Part shown: positions 38,976-49,847 of the stretch, piece by piece
Layout of the letters: each line of letters opens with the position of its first letter
How positions within the stretch are numbered: position 1 is the stretch's first letter
Virus record (IMG/VR): IMGVR_UViG_3300020421_000008
Length of the DNA stretch: 64,000 bases
From: an uncultured virus (IMG/VR IMGVR_UViG_3300020421_000008)
Lineage: Duplodnaviria > Heunggongvirae > Uroviricota > Caudoviricetes
Reading direction: 5' to 3' (one strand)
The notes under the pieces: model-generated
What the model was told of the DNA's origin: nothing
The model's input: only the letters and a program-made list of their open reading frames with translations
The model's database searches: none
Program-made: the position numbers and the translations under genes

Positions 38976-40400
38976 ATGGCTGCTTCACAAACAGATCGTT
39001 TAGAAATTTTCACTTGGAGTTCGGGTGCTGATACGTTTACCCGTACTCAAATGAACACGTCTCACGACAAGTTAGAGGCGTTGGGCGCTGGATTTGATCA
39101 AGCTGGATCAACGGTTCCAACGGCTAAAGCTATTGCTAAGTATAAAGGATTTTTTCACTATTCCACTTCAAACACTGATACTGGAACGCTGTCTTATTGC
39201 AATGGGGCGGCTTGGTTCGAGATAGGAAAACCTGGTAGTGCTGTAGCGATTGATGGAACTTTAGCAGACGGCTCTTCCACGCTCGTTGCACGTGCAGATC
39301 ACAAGCATAGTATTTCAAATAACACTATTACGAATGCAATGATGGCTGATAATGCTATTAACACTGATGAGTTGGCTGATAATGCTGTAACTACGATAAA
39401 GATAACTAACGCTCATGTGACAAATGATAAACTCGCTGCCTCTGGTCTTGATATTTCAAAGATGACAACTGGTACTCTTGACGTGGGCAGGATTGGTGCT
39501 GGTACTATTTTAAACGCTAAACTTGGCTCAGATATTGATGCTGGTAAGATCACAGCCGGAACTTTACCTATCGCTAGGATTGCTACTAGTGCAGTAACTC
39601 ATGAAAAGATTGAGGATTCTGCTGGCTTGTCTGTGATTGGTCGTTCTGCAAGTTCTGGCGGTGTTGTAGCAGACATTACTGCTGGCAATGATAATGAGGT
39701 GCTTCTTAGAAACGGCACTTCTCTTGAATTTGCTAAAATTGATACAGATAATATTACTGCTAATGCAGTTGATGTTGAGCAGATGCAACAGGTTTCTGGG
39801 CACGCTATTTTGGGTCGTGTTGGTAGTACTCCTGCTAACCTTACTCAAATAGTAGCCAATACTGAAAATACTGTTCTTGGTAGAACTACTGGCAATCTTA
39901 CTTTTGATAAGGTGACAAACGCTCAGTTGGCTGGTAGCATTGAAGACGCTAAAATTATTTCTCTTGCTGCCACTAAAATTACTGGTACGATTGATACTGA
40001 TCAGATTGCCAGCGACGCTATCACTAATGACAAGATTGATGGCAACGCTGTAACTCTAGGAACGCAAACTTCGGGTGCGTATGTTCGGCGAATTATTGCT
40101 GGGACGAGTATCGACGTGTCATCTAACGATACCGAGACTTCTTCAGTGACTGTAACTCACGCCGATACCTCTACGTTAAGCGGAATCTACGGCGGCAGTA
40201 ATAACGGTGTTGTTATCGAAGATTTTACTGTTGACTCCCGTGGCCATGTTACTGCTATAGGTACCCGTGACCTTGATGGCCGGTTCTTGCATAAGGATGA
40301 TACCTACGGTGATTCTAGCGCTACTGATGGGCGTAGAATTTTCGTTCAGTCAGGCACTCCTTCTTACGGTGCTTCGGGCAACCTATGGTTCCAGATTTAA
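38976..40400 (+). CDS. Tail fibre protein
   Basis: ARADHKH motif and repeated AVT..KI / AI.T..IA units. Confidence 0.7.
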   Translation: MAASQTDRLEIFTWSSGADTFTRTQMNTSHDKLEALGAGFDQAGSTVPTAKAIAKYKGFFHYSTSNTDTGTLSYCNGAAWFEIGKPGSAVAIDGTLADGSSTLVARADHKHSISNNTITNAMMADNAINTDELADNAVTTIKITNAHVTNDKLAASGLDISKMTTGTLDVGRIGAGTILNAKLGSDIDAGKITAGTLPIARIATSAVTHEKIEDSAGLSVIGRSASSGGVVADITAGNDNEVLLRNGTSLEFAKIDTDNITANAVDVEQMQQVSGHAILGRVGSTPANLTQIVANTENTVLGRTTGNLTFDKVTNAQLAGSIEDAKIISLAATKITGTIDTDQIASDAITNDKIDGNAVTLGTQTSGAYVRRIIAGTSIDVSSNDTETSSVTVTHADTSTLSGIYGGSNNGVVIEDFTVDSRGHVTAIGTRDLDGRFLHKDDTYGDSSATDGRRIFVQSGTPSYGASGNLWFQI

Positions 40401-40409
40401 GGGAACGCT

Positions 40410-41228
40410 ATGGCTATCTATGGAAGTAACGGCAGCGGTTGGCAACCAGTAGCCAGCGGAGACTTAAAAGCGTCTGATGGCTCCGAGTGGAAGACGGTGA
40501 AGAAAGCCTACCGCAGCACGGGGTCTGGGTGGGACCCAATTTACACTGGTTCTGATCCACAAACATACACGTTTGTTGCTAACAACTCAAAATCTGCACG
40601 TGGTACACAGTGGCTATGGTCAGGTGCTGATGGCGGAGGTATAAATGGGCTTAGGCAAGGAAGATGGGCTGGAAGTTACCCCACTGGCACAGATAGTTAC
40701 TATAGATGGTTTGGACTAGCAACATTCAAGTATGACACAAGTGGGGCTGTAACCTTAGAAGACGCTCTTGATGAAAGACCCGTTGTGGTATCAGCCACGT
40801 TAAGTTTGTTCAGACATAGTTACCAATATGGATTTTGGGGCAGTGGTGGAGGCTGGGGAAATATAAACATTGGAACATACTCTGGCACAATAACGGATAC
40901 ATCACCAACACCTACTAAAATTAGTTTTTCAAATTATGCAACTAAGAACTATGCGGGTAGACCAAATAATGCGCTAGATTTAAATCAGCAAGCAATTATT
41001 AATTTAGAGTCTCAAAGTAACGCAACAGCCAAAGCCTTGTTAGATCATGCTGCAACTGAAAAGCCTTTAGTTATAGCAAACAAAACAGATACAGGCACTG
41101 GTAGCGGTGGGCTTAACAATTATGGATCATCTTTTGATACGGACTATTTTTTATATTATCCATATAATGCGTTTTATTCCACCGCACCACTGGGACCTAC
41201 GATTACAGTTGAGTTAGATTATTCATAA
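40410..41228 (+). CDS. Minor tail / receptor-binding protein
   Basis: N-terminal GSGW..V...GS.WK.V repeats; Gly/aromatic-rich. Confidence 0.55.
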   Translation: MAIYGSNGSGWQPVASGDLKASDGSEWKTVKKAYRSTGSGWDPIYTGSDPQTYTFVANNSKSARGTQWLWSGADGGGINGLRQGRWAGSYPTGTDSYYRWFGLATFKYDTSGAVTLEDALDERPVVVSATLSLFRHSYQYGFWGSGGGWGNINIGTYSGTITDTSPTPTKISFSNYATKNYAGRPNNALDLNQQAIINLESQSNATAKALLDHAATEKPLVIANKTDTGTGSGGLNNYGSSFDTDYFLYYPYNAFYSTAPLGPTITVELDYS

Positions 41229-41282
41229 AATTACTATTTTCCCTTAGGGGGTATACATACAATATAGTTGGAGGACAGACAC

Positions 41283-41585
41283 ATGTGGAGTGAATTTATA
41301 AACATGACGGTGCCTGCCCTCGTTGGTTCAGTTGTTACATTTGCCGGAATCCTATTATCAAATAGAATTAAGAAACAAAAATTAGATTTTGATGTTGGGG
41401 CGGCACAGGATGAAGTTTGGTTAGATCTCGTGAGACAGAGTAGAATAGAATACGCATTACAAAGGAAAGAGAATAATAGACTTCGCTATATCACGCACCA
41501 CTTGCAAGAAGAAATTGATCAACTTGAAAAGAAAAATGATGAGCTGATGGAAGAGCTTCAATCATATAAGTCACAGGACAATTAA
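41283..41585 (+). CDS. Single-TM coiled-coil protein (holin/membrane-like)
   Basis: GGAGG RBS; N-terminal TM followed by a coiled coil. Confidence 0.55.
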   Translation: MWSEFINMTVPALVGSVVTFAGILLSNRIKKQKLDFDVGAAQDEVWLDLVRQSRIEYALQRKENNRLRYITHHLQEEIDQLEKKNDELMEELQSYKSQDN

Positions 41586-41586
41586 A

Positions 41587-41937
41587 ATGGCTGATGACTT
41601 TGTGCCGTGGAGTGAGCGTGCAGATGACGACAGCGTTGACGATTTGATTGCGATGCTGTCTGATGCTGTTCAAGGAGAGTCAGAAACAAGCGGGCAGGAC
41701 GTGGTTGGTAAGATACTTGATGATGTTTTTGAATCTAGAGGCGAAGACGTAGGTATTATTGGAAACTTTGTTCTTATTGGTGAGATAATAGACGAAGAAG
41801 GTCAAGCCAATTTAATGGTGGTAACGTCAGACAACTTACCTGAGTGGATTGCACGTGGAATGATAAAACTTGCCGACGAGTACATTGCCCACGGTCCACA
41901 ACTCCCTCCCATGCATTTTGATGAGGAGATGGAATAA
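41587..41937 (+). CDS. Acidic hypothetical protein
   Basis: ORF track; tight packing. Confidence 0.65.
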   Translation: MADDFVPWSERADDDSVDDLIAMLSDAVQGESETSGQDVVGKILDDVFESRGEDVGIIGNFVLIGEIIDEEGQANLMVVTSDNLPEWIARGMIKLADEYIAHGPQLPPMHFDEEME

Positions 41938-42278
41938 TGACTGCTGGACCGTTAGATCTTTCATGTACAAAAGGACAAACTTTTACCTACAATATTTTTA
42001 TAACAAATCCTAACGATTCAGTTGCTTCTTTAACTTATTGGGACTCCCGCATGCAAGTGCGTGAACTAAAATCTTCGTCATCTTACTTAATTGAACTAAC
42101 GAACAGCAATGGTAGGATTACACATGACGCTTCTAGTGGTAAAATAGTATTAAGTTTATCTTCGTCAGAAACGACAAATCTGCCGACAGGTACACATGTA
42201 TACGATTTAGAGTTAGTGAGCAATGGTGGGCGACCAGGTGTGGTTCGATTGGTTCAAGGGAATTTTACGGTAGGTTAA
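41937..42278 (+). CDS. Ig-like virion adaptor protein (paralog of 32777..33121)
   Basis: KGQTF...RMQVR....LIELT..NGRI...YDLE...V.RLVQG.F. Confidence 0.7.
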   Translation: MTAGPLDLSCTKGQTFTYNIFITNPNDSVASLTYWDSRMQVRELKSSSSYLIELTNSNGRITHDASSGKIVLSLSSSETTNLPTGTHVYDLELVSNGGRPGVVRLVQGNFTVG

Positions 42279-42279
42279 T

Positions 42280-42756
42280 ATGTCAGATTACACAGTTAAT
42301 GTAACAGAAACGACTAATGCCGTAACAGCTCAAGACATAATTAATTCAGTTAGCGTTTCAGAAACTACTTCGAATACTGTTTCAGTGGTAGCGGCAACGT
42401 TCGTGAATGATGCTGGAGCTTCTTCAAATTTGTTGTATTCTACAGGTTCTCCATTAGATAGTTTGGGTTCTGCTGGTGACTTTTACATCGATACATCTGG
42501 AGGTAAACTTTGGGGACCCAAAGGCAACACTTCTTGGGGTTCTGATCCGTTACCTTTGATACCAAAGCGTTTTACACACACCCAGTCTACAACTTCTTCT
42601 TCATGGACAATTAGTCATACTCTAGATGGTTTTCCTTCTGTAACTGTTGTTGATTCTGCTGGGACAGTAGTAGTTGGTGAGGTATCATATAATAGTACAA
42701 GTAGTGTTACAGTTTCATTTGAATCTGCGTTTTCCGGTAAAGCGTATTTAACTTAA
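42280..42756 (+). CDS. Virion structural / fibre-associated protein
   Basis: GDFYIDT...LWGPK; HTQ.....WTI.H.L...PSVTVVD. Confidence 0.6.
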   Translation: MSDYTVNVTETTNAVTAQDIINSVSVSETTSNTVSVVAATFVNDAGASSNLLYSTGSPLDSLGSAGDFYIDTSGGKLWGPKGNTSWGSDPLPLIPKRFTHTQSTTSSSWTISHTLDGFPSVTVVDSAGTVVVGEVSYNSTSSVTVSFESAFSGKAYLT

Positions 42757-42769
42757 GTGTGGAGAAAAC

Positions 42770-44767
42770 ATGGCTCAAAAGTTTTTAACTAATATAGATC
42801 TAAATAAAAATGAGTTGCAGAACGCTAAAGTTCAGAACTTAGGAACCGCTCCGGGTTCGCCAGCGACTGGTCAAATTTACTTTAACACCAGCGACAATGA
42901 ACTCTATATTTACAACGGATCTGGTTGGATAAGCCTACAAGAACAAGGCGATATAACAGGTGTTACGGCTGGTACAGGTCTTTCTGGTGGTGGGACATCT
43001 GGTGCAGTTACAGTAAACTTTGCCCCCTCTGGTCTTTCTGCTGTTACCGTTGCTGCAGACGATAAAGTAATCATCGCTGATACAAATGACAGCGACAACC
43101 CAAAAACTGTTACAGCACAGGCTATTGCTAACTTAGCACCACAGGGTGACGTTACAAGCGTTACTGCTGGTACCAACTTAAATGGTGGTGGAGCCTCAGG
43201 TGACGTTACTCTTAACTTAGATACTAATATCTCCATAGCAACTGCTACTTTTAGTTCTGCTAGCCCTCTTGTATTCGAAGGTGCTACTGCGGACGCTCAC
43301 GAAACCACGTTTGCAATCACCGATCCTACCGCCGATAGAACAATTACGTTCCAGAACGCTACTGGTACAGTTGCTCACTTAGACAGTGATATTACTGGTA
43401 ATGCCGCAACAGCGACTGCATTGGCAACTGCGAGAGAAATTAACGGTGAGTCATTTGATGGCACTGGCAATATTACAGTTACTGCTGCTGCTAACACACT
43501 AACAACGAATACCCTTGCTTCTGGCGTTACAGCATCATCTCTTACGAGTGTTGGCACACTTGCCGACTTGACTGTAGCAGGCTTGATCACTGCTAATGGT
43601 GGCATAACCATTCAAGCCACTGACACATTTACATTTGACAGCGTGGCGCTAACCACAGTTCAATCAAGTGGCGAAGCCTTTGCTGATAACGATACGTCTT
43701 TAATGACTTCTGCTTCTATCAATGATAGAATTGCGGCAACAACGGTCAACTCTCTTACTGGCACAGCCAATGAGGTTGAGGTTGATGCTTCAACTGGTGC
43801 AGTAACTGTTGGGCTTCCTAACAACGTAACGATTTCTGGTAACCTTACAGTTAATGGTGACACAACTACTGTTAACACTGCTACGCTATCAGTTGAAGAT
43901 CCGCTTATCATTTTGGCAAATGGAAACAATGCTGCCGACTCTGTAGACATTGGTTTCTACGGTTTGTATGACACAAGCGGTTCGCAAGATCTTTACGCTG
44001 GTCTTTTCCGTGATGCTAACGACAGCGGTAAGTTCAAACTCTTCAAAGATCTACAGGTCGAGCCTACTACGACAGTAAACACTGGCGGAACTGGGTATGC
44101 TGCTGCTACACTTGTTGTTGGAACACTTGAAGGTGCAGTAACTGGTAACGTAACAGGTGATCTAACTGGTACAGCATCTCTTGCGACGAACGTTACAGCC
44201 ACTGCAAATAACTCAACTGATGAAACAGTGTACTTAACCTTTGTTGATGGAGCCACTGGAGATCAAGGCATCGAAACAGACACAGGTCTTAATTACAACC
44301 CAAGTACGGGAGTTCTAACAACTACTTCTGTCACAGGTAACTTGACAGGTAATGTGACTGGTAACCTGACTGGTACGATTCTCACTGCGTCTCAAACTAA
44401 TATTACAGCAATTGGTACGATTGCTACTGGTACATGGCAGGCAACCGATATTGGTGTAGCCTATGGTGGTACTGGTGCTTCATCTGCTGGCGATGCTCGT
44501 GACAATCTTGCTGCAACAGGTAGCGGTTTGTCAGGCACAACTCTAGCAAGAGTTGCTGGTAAAGATTGTTCCGCTGATTCTTCAGGTACAAGCACTACTA
44601 CTGTTACACACAACTTCGGAACTCGTGACGTACTTGTTCAGGTTTATGACGCTTCTTCATACGCTGAAGTACAAGGCGATATTGTAAGAACAGACACAAA
44701 CACAGTCACAGTTACACTACTTGGAACTATATCGGCTGGAGATTATCGCATTGTTGTAACCGGATAA
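42770..44767 (+). CDS. Tail fibre protein
   Basis: Thr/Gly-rich GDIT.V.AG.GL.GGG.SG repeats, GNVTG repeats, VTHN.GT.DV.VQVYD. Confidence 0.75.
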   Translation: MAQKFLTNIDLNKNELQNAKVQNLGTAPGSPATGQIYFNTSDNELYIYNGSGWISLQEQGDITGVTAGTGLSGGGTSGAVTVNFAPSGLSAVTVAADDKVIIADTNDSDNPKTVTAQAIANLAPQGDVTSVTAGTNLNGGGASGDVTLNLDTNISIATATFSSASPLVFEGATADAHETTFAITDPTADRTITFQNATGTVAHLDSDITGNAATATALATAREINGESFDGTGNITVTAAANTLTTNTLASGVTASSLTSVGTLADLTVAGLITANGGITIQATDTFTFDSVALTTVQSSGEAFADNDTSLMTSASINDRIAATTVNSLTGTANEVEVDASTGAVTVGLPNNVTISGNLTVNGDTTTVNTATLSVEDPLIILANGNNAADSVDIGFYGLYDTSGSQDLYAGLFRDANDSGKFKLFKDLQVEPTTTVNTGGTGYAAATLVVGTLEGAVTGNVTGDLTGTASLATNVTATANNSTDETVYLTFVDGATGDQGIETDTGLNYNPSTGVLTTTSVTGNLTGNVTGNLTGTILTASQTNITAIGTIATGTWQATDIGVAYGGTGASSAGDARDNLAATGSGLSGTTLARVAGKDCSADSSGTSTTTVTHNFGTRDVLVQVYDASSYAEVQGDIVRTDTNTVTVTLLGTISAGDYRIVVTG

Positions 44768-44849
44768 CCTCTGGAGTACACAATACTTAATGTGCTATAA
44801 TATGTGTAAATGCGTTTGAGGACGCCCCTATACATGATTGGTTGAGGCC

Positions 44850-47741
44850 ATGGCACAAAGCTTTAGAACCGCTATTTCTTTTGACGGACTTGCTTCTGCA
44901 TCCTCACAAGCACTTTCTATCAAAGTTGACGGCGATTCACAAAATAGGGTTCTTATTGATGCTGGCGGTAAAATCACTTGGGGTGCTGGCGGGTCTAGCG
45001 CTGGTGATACTACGCTGTATCGAAACGCTGCAAATGTTCTTAAAACTGATGATGGTTTTGTTGCTGCGAGTTTGGATATTTCTGGGAATGCTGACATTGA
45101 CGGCACAACCAACCTTGACGATGTTGATATTGACGGAACCGTTCAAATAGATGGCGCTACCACCTTTGGTGTTAATGACACTGGCGTAGACGTTAAGTTT
45201 TTTGGTGCAACATCTGGAAGGTACATGGAATGGGATGAAAGTGAAGACTCTCTAGTATTAGTAGATAATGTAAAAATATGTCTCGGTAGTAAGGCAGGTG
45301 GAGACGGGAACATAAAACATACCGGAAGTAATTTACAAATAAGTGAAACTACTGGTAATATCCAGATAACTAATTACAATACAGATGGTGATATCGTATT
45401 GAGTTCAGACGATGGAAGTGGTGGAGAAACAGCATATATTACTGTAGATGGTGGATCTGTACAAACAACAATTCACAAAACATTACAATTAGATGCCACA
45501 TTAAATGTTGGTGTTGATGACACAGGTTATGATGTGAAGTTCTTTGGAGCTACTGCTAGTAAATACATGCTGTGGGATGAATCAGCAGACGCTTTGATTG
45601 TTAAAGACACTGTAGATGCTGTCAATTTCAAAGTTAATGGTGGTCAGGGTTCTGATGGACAGGTTTTAACTTCAACAGGAAGTGGTGTTGCTTGGGAAGA
45701 TGCTTCTGGGGGTGGTGGCGCTAGTGTCACGATTGCTGACAGCGCTCCGGGTAGCCCTTCGGCTGGTAACCTTTGGTTCGAGTCTGATACTGGTAAAACT
45801 TTTATTTATTATGGTGATGGTTCTAGCAATCAGTGGGTTGAGGTTGGTGGAGCGTCTGCCGCTACTGGTGGAGCCAATACTCAAGTTCAGTACAATAGTT
45901 CTGGTTCTTTAGCAGGAAACGCCAACTTTGTTTACGATGGATCTTCCTTAATTACCATGACAAAAAGCGGTGCCAACACAGGAATTAAACTAGATGTAGC
46001 CAGCGATACTGAAGCACATTCTGGTAATATCGCTTTTTATAAGTCTGAGGCTGCTGGCGCTGGAAGGCTTGACAAAGATGCCGTTTATGGGCAAATAGAT
46101 TTTTATGGGCAGACAGCCAGCAATGGATACCATCATGCTGCTGCAATTAAGACTTTAGTAGGAGAGTACTTTTATTCTGATAACTATACTCCGTCTGATA
46201 TAGAGTTTTGGGTTACCCCTTCTGACCAAACTTCCCCAGTCAGAAAGGTAGTTGTTCGGGGAGGCACTGCAAATACTGATGCAGCAGCACTTGAGATTTG
46301 GCATAATCAAGCAAACAAAGGTAGTAGGGTTGATTTTGTAGATGATGATGGAACCCAGTTGGGATATTTTGGTTTTAGTGCTAATACTAACTGGTATATG
46401 AAAAACCTTACTTCAGGTAATATGTTCATTGAATCTGAAGGTTCTATTGCTATTAGGGCAGAGGGTGAGTATGAAGTAAACTTTTCTTCAACTGGACTTG
46501 AGCCTTATGCCGATGAGGGCTATAAACTTGGATCTTCGTCAAAAGAGTGGTCAGAAGCCTATATAGTTGATTTAAAAATTTCAGGCAACTCTACAATGAC
46601 CGGCACTTTGACGGTTGGGGTTGATGACACTGGCCATGATGTTAAGTTTTATGGTGCCGGTGCTGGCGATCATCTTTTATGGGATGAGTCAGAAGGTAGG
46701 TTAGATGTAGTTGCAACGTCTGGTGCTGCGTACTTTAGATCGTTGAATGGTACGGCTACTACTTATATAGGTTCTGATAGTTCTAATACTGCACTGTTTG
46801 GAACTAGTTCAGCGCATAGGGTTAGGTTTATATCTAACGACACTGAGAGAATGACTATTTTAAGTGACGGTAAGGTTGGTATTGGTACTTCGGCTCCTGA
46901 GCAAAACTTAACTGTTAAGGCTCAAAACAGAGAAATAAGTATCGGGGATAGTGGGTTAAATAACTATCCTGAGTTAAGAGCGCATGCCACTGGCGATAAA
47001 ACTAGTTACGCCCACATGCTTTACAATGCGTATTCACATACTTGGAAAAATTCAGGAACAAACAAATATTATATAAGTGCTGGTTCTTACGCAGCATATT
47101 ACGGCGCTGCTACTAATGAAGGTATGTACATAATATTCTACGACAGTGATTCCAATACGATGAGTTATGTGGGTTCGCCGGGTAACGATGACTTGCATCT
47201 AAGAGGCAGTGCTTCTAATGGATATCTTTATATGGCTGCTGGTGGAACTTGGAAATTTTATACAACAAATAATTCCACTACCGGCTTTCTCCCTTATTCA
47301 GATAACACTTTTGATTTAGGGTCTAGCAGTACTCGCTGGGACGATGTTTATGCAACCAACGGAACTATCCAAACATCAGACGTAAACCTCAAAAAAGACA
47401 TTTCTGATGCCACGTTAGGACTTAACTTCATTAAGGCTTTACGACCTGTTGAATACAAATGGAAAGACGGCTCTAGGAAGCATCAAGGCTTTATCGCTCA
47501 AGAAGTTAAAACAGTTTTAGACGCTCAAGCCGATTCCGCAGAACAGTCTATGTGGGGGTTAAACACTGTTAAAGAGGGAACGAAAGTTATGCGCCCTATT
47601 ACAGATGAGAACGATATACCTCAAAAAACTGAGGTTGATAACGAACCACGTCAATCTTTACGATACACAGAAATTATTGCTCCGCTAGTTAAAGCGGTAC
47701 AAGAACTAACTACTCGCTTAGAAGCATTGGAGAGTGCATAA
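44850..47741 (+). CDS. Tail fibre with C-terminal intramolecular chaperone (peptidase S74-like)
   Basis: TSD.NLKKDI...L..I..LRPV.Y.WK...GFIAQEV...LRY.EII.PLVKAVQEL. Confidence 0.85.
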   Translation: MAQSFRTAISFDGLASASSQALSIKVDGDSQNRVLIDAGGKITWGAGGSSAGDTTLYRNAANVLKTDDGFVAASLDISGNADIDGTTNLDDVDIDGTVQIDGATTFGVNDTGVDVKFFGATSGRYMEWDESEDSLVLVDNVKICLGSKAGGDGNIKHTGSNLQISETTGNIQITNYNTDGDIVLSSDDGSGGETAYITVDGGSVQTTIHKTLQLDATLNVGVDDTGYDVKFFGATASKYMLWDESADALIVKDTVDAVNFKVNGGQGSDGQVLTSTGSGVAWEDASGGGGASVTIADSAPGSPSAGNLWFESDTGKTFIYYGDGSSNQWVEVGGASAATGGANTQVQYNSSGSLAGNANFVYDGSSLITMTKSGANTGIKLDVASDTEAHSGNIAFYKSEAAGAGRLDKDAVYGQIDFYGQTASNGYHHAAAIKTLVGEYFYSDNYTPSDIEFWVTPSDQTSPVRKVVVRGGTANTDAAALEIWHNQANKGSRVDFVDDDGTQLGYFGFSANTNWYMKNLTSGNMFIESEGSIAIRAEGEYEVNFSSTGLEPYADEGYKLGSSSKEWSEAYIVDLKISGNSTMTGTLTVGVDDTGHDVKFYGAGAGDHLLWDESEGRLDVVATSGAAYFRSLNGTATTYIGSDSSNTALFGTSSAHRVRFISNDTERMTILSDGKVGIGTSAPEQNLTVKAQNREISIGDSGLNNYPELRAHATGDKTSYAHMLYNAYSHTWKNSGTNKYYISAGSYAAYYGAATNEGMYIIFYDSDSNTMSYVGSPGNDDLHLRGSASNGYLYMAAGGTWKFYTTNNSTTGFLPYSDNTFDLGSSSTRWDDVYATNGTIQTSDVNLKKDISDATLGLNFIKALRPVEYKWKDGSRKHQGFIAQEVKTVLDAQADSAEQSMWGLNTVKEGTKVMRPITDENDIPQKTEVDNEPRQSLRYTEIIAPLVKAVQELTTRLEALESA

Positions 47742-48931
47742 TGGCTATAAATTTTCCTGACAGCCCTTCTACGAACGATACTGTCACACAAGGCGATTTA
47801 ACATGGATTTGGGACGGTACAGTTTGGAAACTTACTGTCGCCACAGCCTTAGCTCCTGCGGGTTCAGATACGCAGGTACAGTTCAAAAATAGTTCTAGTG
47901 CTTTTGCTGGTGACGCTGATTTCTGTTTTGATGGCACACGTTTACTTTTAAAGAATACTGATGACGCCGATTTAGATGCTGTGTCTGGTTGTTTAATTAC
48001 TGGCGGAGATGGCACAGGTCAGCATTTAGCGATTGATGCTAATGAGATAATGTCTAAGAGTGACGCTACGACTGCGGGTGATTTGCATTTGCAGACTGAG
48101 GGTGGAAAAGTGTATATGGGTAACAACGCTAAATTAGATTTATTTCAGGTAAAGTGTGATGAATTTTATGTAAATGCTAGCACAAATGTTACCCCTGATG
48201 CCAACTGGGACGGACAACTTAGTATTGCGTTTAGTGGATATACAGGTGGTATTGCAGGAGATGGTTCTATGATGTGGGTTGGACACAACTCTGCCGCACG
48301 AGGATTGACTCTTGCTACGAACGAAACATCTAGATTGTATATTACTGGATCTGCTGGCTATGTTTATGTTGGGTCAACAGGTGGCGCTGATTTTCCGGGC
48401 ACTGATGGATTCTTTTCTGTTAAAGCAAATACTATTGCTGCGGCGTTTTATAGAACAACTTCTACTTCTACGCATGACTGCATATATTTATTGTCTGATG
48501 TCACCTCAACGGGCACAAAGCATTTTCAGGTTGAAGCAGACGGAGATGTACAGAACACAAACAACTCGTATACTGGTCTTTCAGATGAGCGTTTGAAAAC
48601 AAATATTGAAAATCCTAGAGATTATTATGCTGATCTTCGTAAACTTGAGGTTAAAAACTTCAATTTTGACAAGTCTGTAAGGATAACCTACGACTATAAC
48701 GATACGGGAGAACCTATTGAAAGTACACGAGAATTTTCTATTATTGATGCAACTACTCCGGGTCCAAAGTTACTGGGTTTGATCGCTCAGGAAACTGAAA
48801 AACATATTCCCGGTTTAGTAAAAACAGATCAAGACGGTATTAAAAACATTAGATACAGCGTTCTTGTGCCTATGATGCTTCAAGCAATTCAAAAACTGGC
48901 AGACAAAGTAGAAGCGTTAGAATCTGCTTAG
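47741..48931 (+). CDS. Second fibre with S74-like chaperone domain
   Basis: MAINFP.SP...TW.WDG.VW; SDERLKTNI...GLIAQE...YS.LVP...AIQ.L. Confidence 0.8.
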   Translation: MAINFPDSPSTNDTVTQGDLTWIWDGTVWKLTVATALAPAGSDTQVQFKNSSSAFAGDADFCFDGTRLLLKNTDDADLDAVSGCLITGGDGTGQHLAIDANEIMSKSDATTAGDLHLQTEGGKVYMGNNAKLDLFQVKCDEFYVNASTNVTPDANWDGQLSIAFSGYTGGIAGDGSMMWVGHNSAARGLTLATNETSRLYITGSAGYVYVGSTGGADFPGTDGFFSVKANTIAAAFYRTTSTSTHDCIYLLSDVTSTGTKHFQVEADGDVQNTNNSYTGLSDERLKTNIENPRDYYADLRKLEVKNFNFDKSVRITYDYNDTGEPIESTREFSIIDATTPGPKLLGLIAQETEKHIPGLVKTDQDGIKNIRYSVLVPMMLQAIQKLADKVEALESA

Positions 48932-49024
48932 AGAAAGTCTTTTACAGGTTTTTGCTATTAATTTGACAAATTTATGACCTTGTGTTAAAGTATCTACTAT
49001 CTTTATGAAAGGACGTTAATTACT

Positions 49025-49819
49025 ATGAATACAGATAAACTTCTTGGCTTAATTTTTCTTGGCTTTATGGGTGCGGCTGTTGTAGCGAATACAACCTCTC
49101 CTGAAGGTACCGTTCCAAAAGAAGATGGGATTGTATCAATAATCGAATTAAGCAGCTATGAAGAAAAAACACCCTACGCACCCTTGAGTGAGTCAATAGC
49201 AGACGAAGTTACACTTGTTAGTGAAATTCCAGTCTCAACTCCGTTAGCAGTGCAAGCGGAACCAGAGGTCACAATACTACAAGAACCTTCAATTGCGGAA
49301 TTAGAGCAAGGTGTAGCCATGTTTGCCCTCACAACAGACTATCAATGGAATGAAACTAGTGCGAGGGTTAAAATTTTACAAGGAATCATAGGCGTAGAAG
49401 ATGATGGGGTGTATGGGCACATGACGAGAGAGGCACATATTAAGGAACTCGAAGCAGTAGGGCTAGACAGCACTAATGTCCCAAGCGTACCGTCCTACGC
49501 CATTACACCACGATGTACAGAGTGGTGGGACACAGCACGCTCTGTAGGGTGGCAAGAATCAGACCTCCTACAACTTGGATCAATCATGTGGGCAGAAACA
49601 CGTTGCCAATCTGATGCCATCAGCGCCACAGAGGACTATGGGCTTACCCAAGTTAATTGGGCAGCACATGGAGATAGGTTATCTAGTCAAGGTATATCTA
49701 GAGAAGACCTTTTAGATCCTGCAATAAACCTAACACAAGCAAAAATTATCTCAGATTTTGCTGATCGGCACTATGGGTGCAGATGGCAACCGTGGTACAT
49801 GAGTGGCAGTTGGTGCTAA
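49025..49819 (+). CDS. Membrane-anchored/secreted lytic transglycosylase-like protein with PG-binding-like segment
   Basis: N-terminal hydrophobic helix; LQ..IGV.DDGVYG..T; IMWAETRC...DYGLTQVN...L.DP..N...W.PW. Confidence 0.7.
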   Translation: MNTDKLLGLIFLGFMGAAVVANTTSPEGTVPKEDGIVSIIELSSYEEKTPYAPLSESIADEVTLVSEIPVSTPLAVQAEPEVTILQEPSIAELEQGVAMFALTTDYQWNETSARVKILQGIIGVEDDGVYGHMTREAHIKELEAVGLDSTNVPSVPSYAITPRCTEWWDTARSVGWQESDLLQLGSIMWAETRCQSDAISATEDYGLTQVNWAAHGDRLSSQGISREDLLDPAINLTQAKIISDFADRHYGCRWQPWYMSGSWC

Positions 49820-49847
49820 TTTCTACATATTTCGGTAGAATAGAGGT

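Noticed and set aside
29370..45701. Repeat pair in fibre genes as a diversity-generating retroelement TR/VR
   Set aside because: Both copies are mid-gene coding, differences are not confined to adenines, and no reverse transcriptase is in the window.
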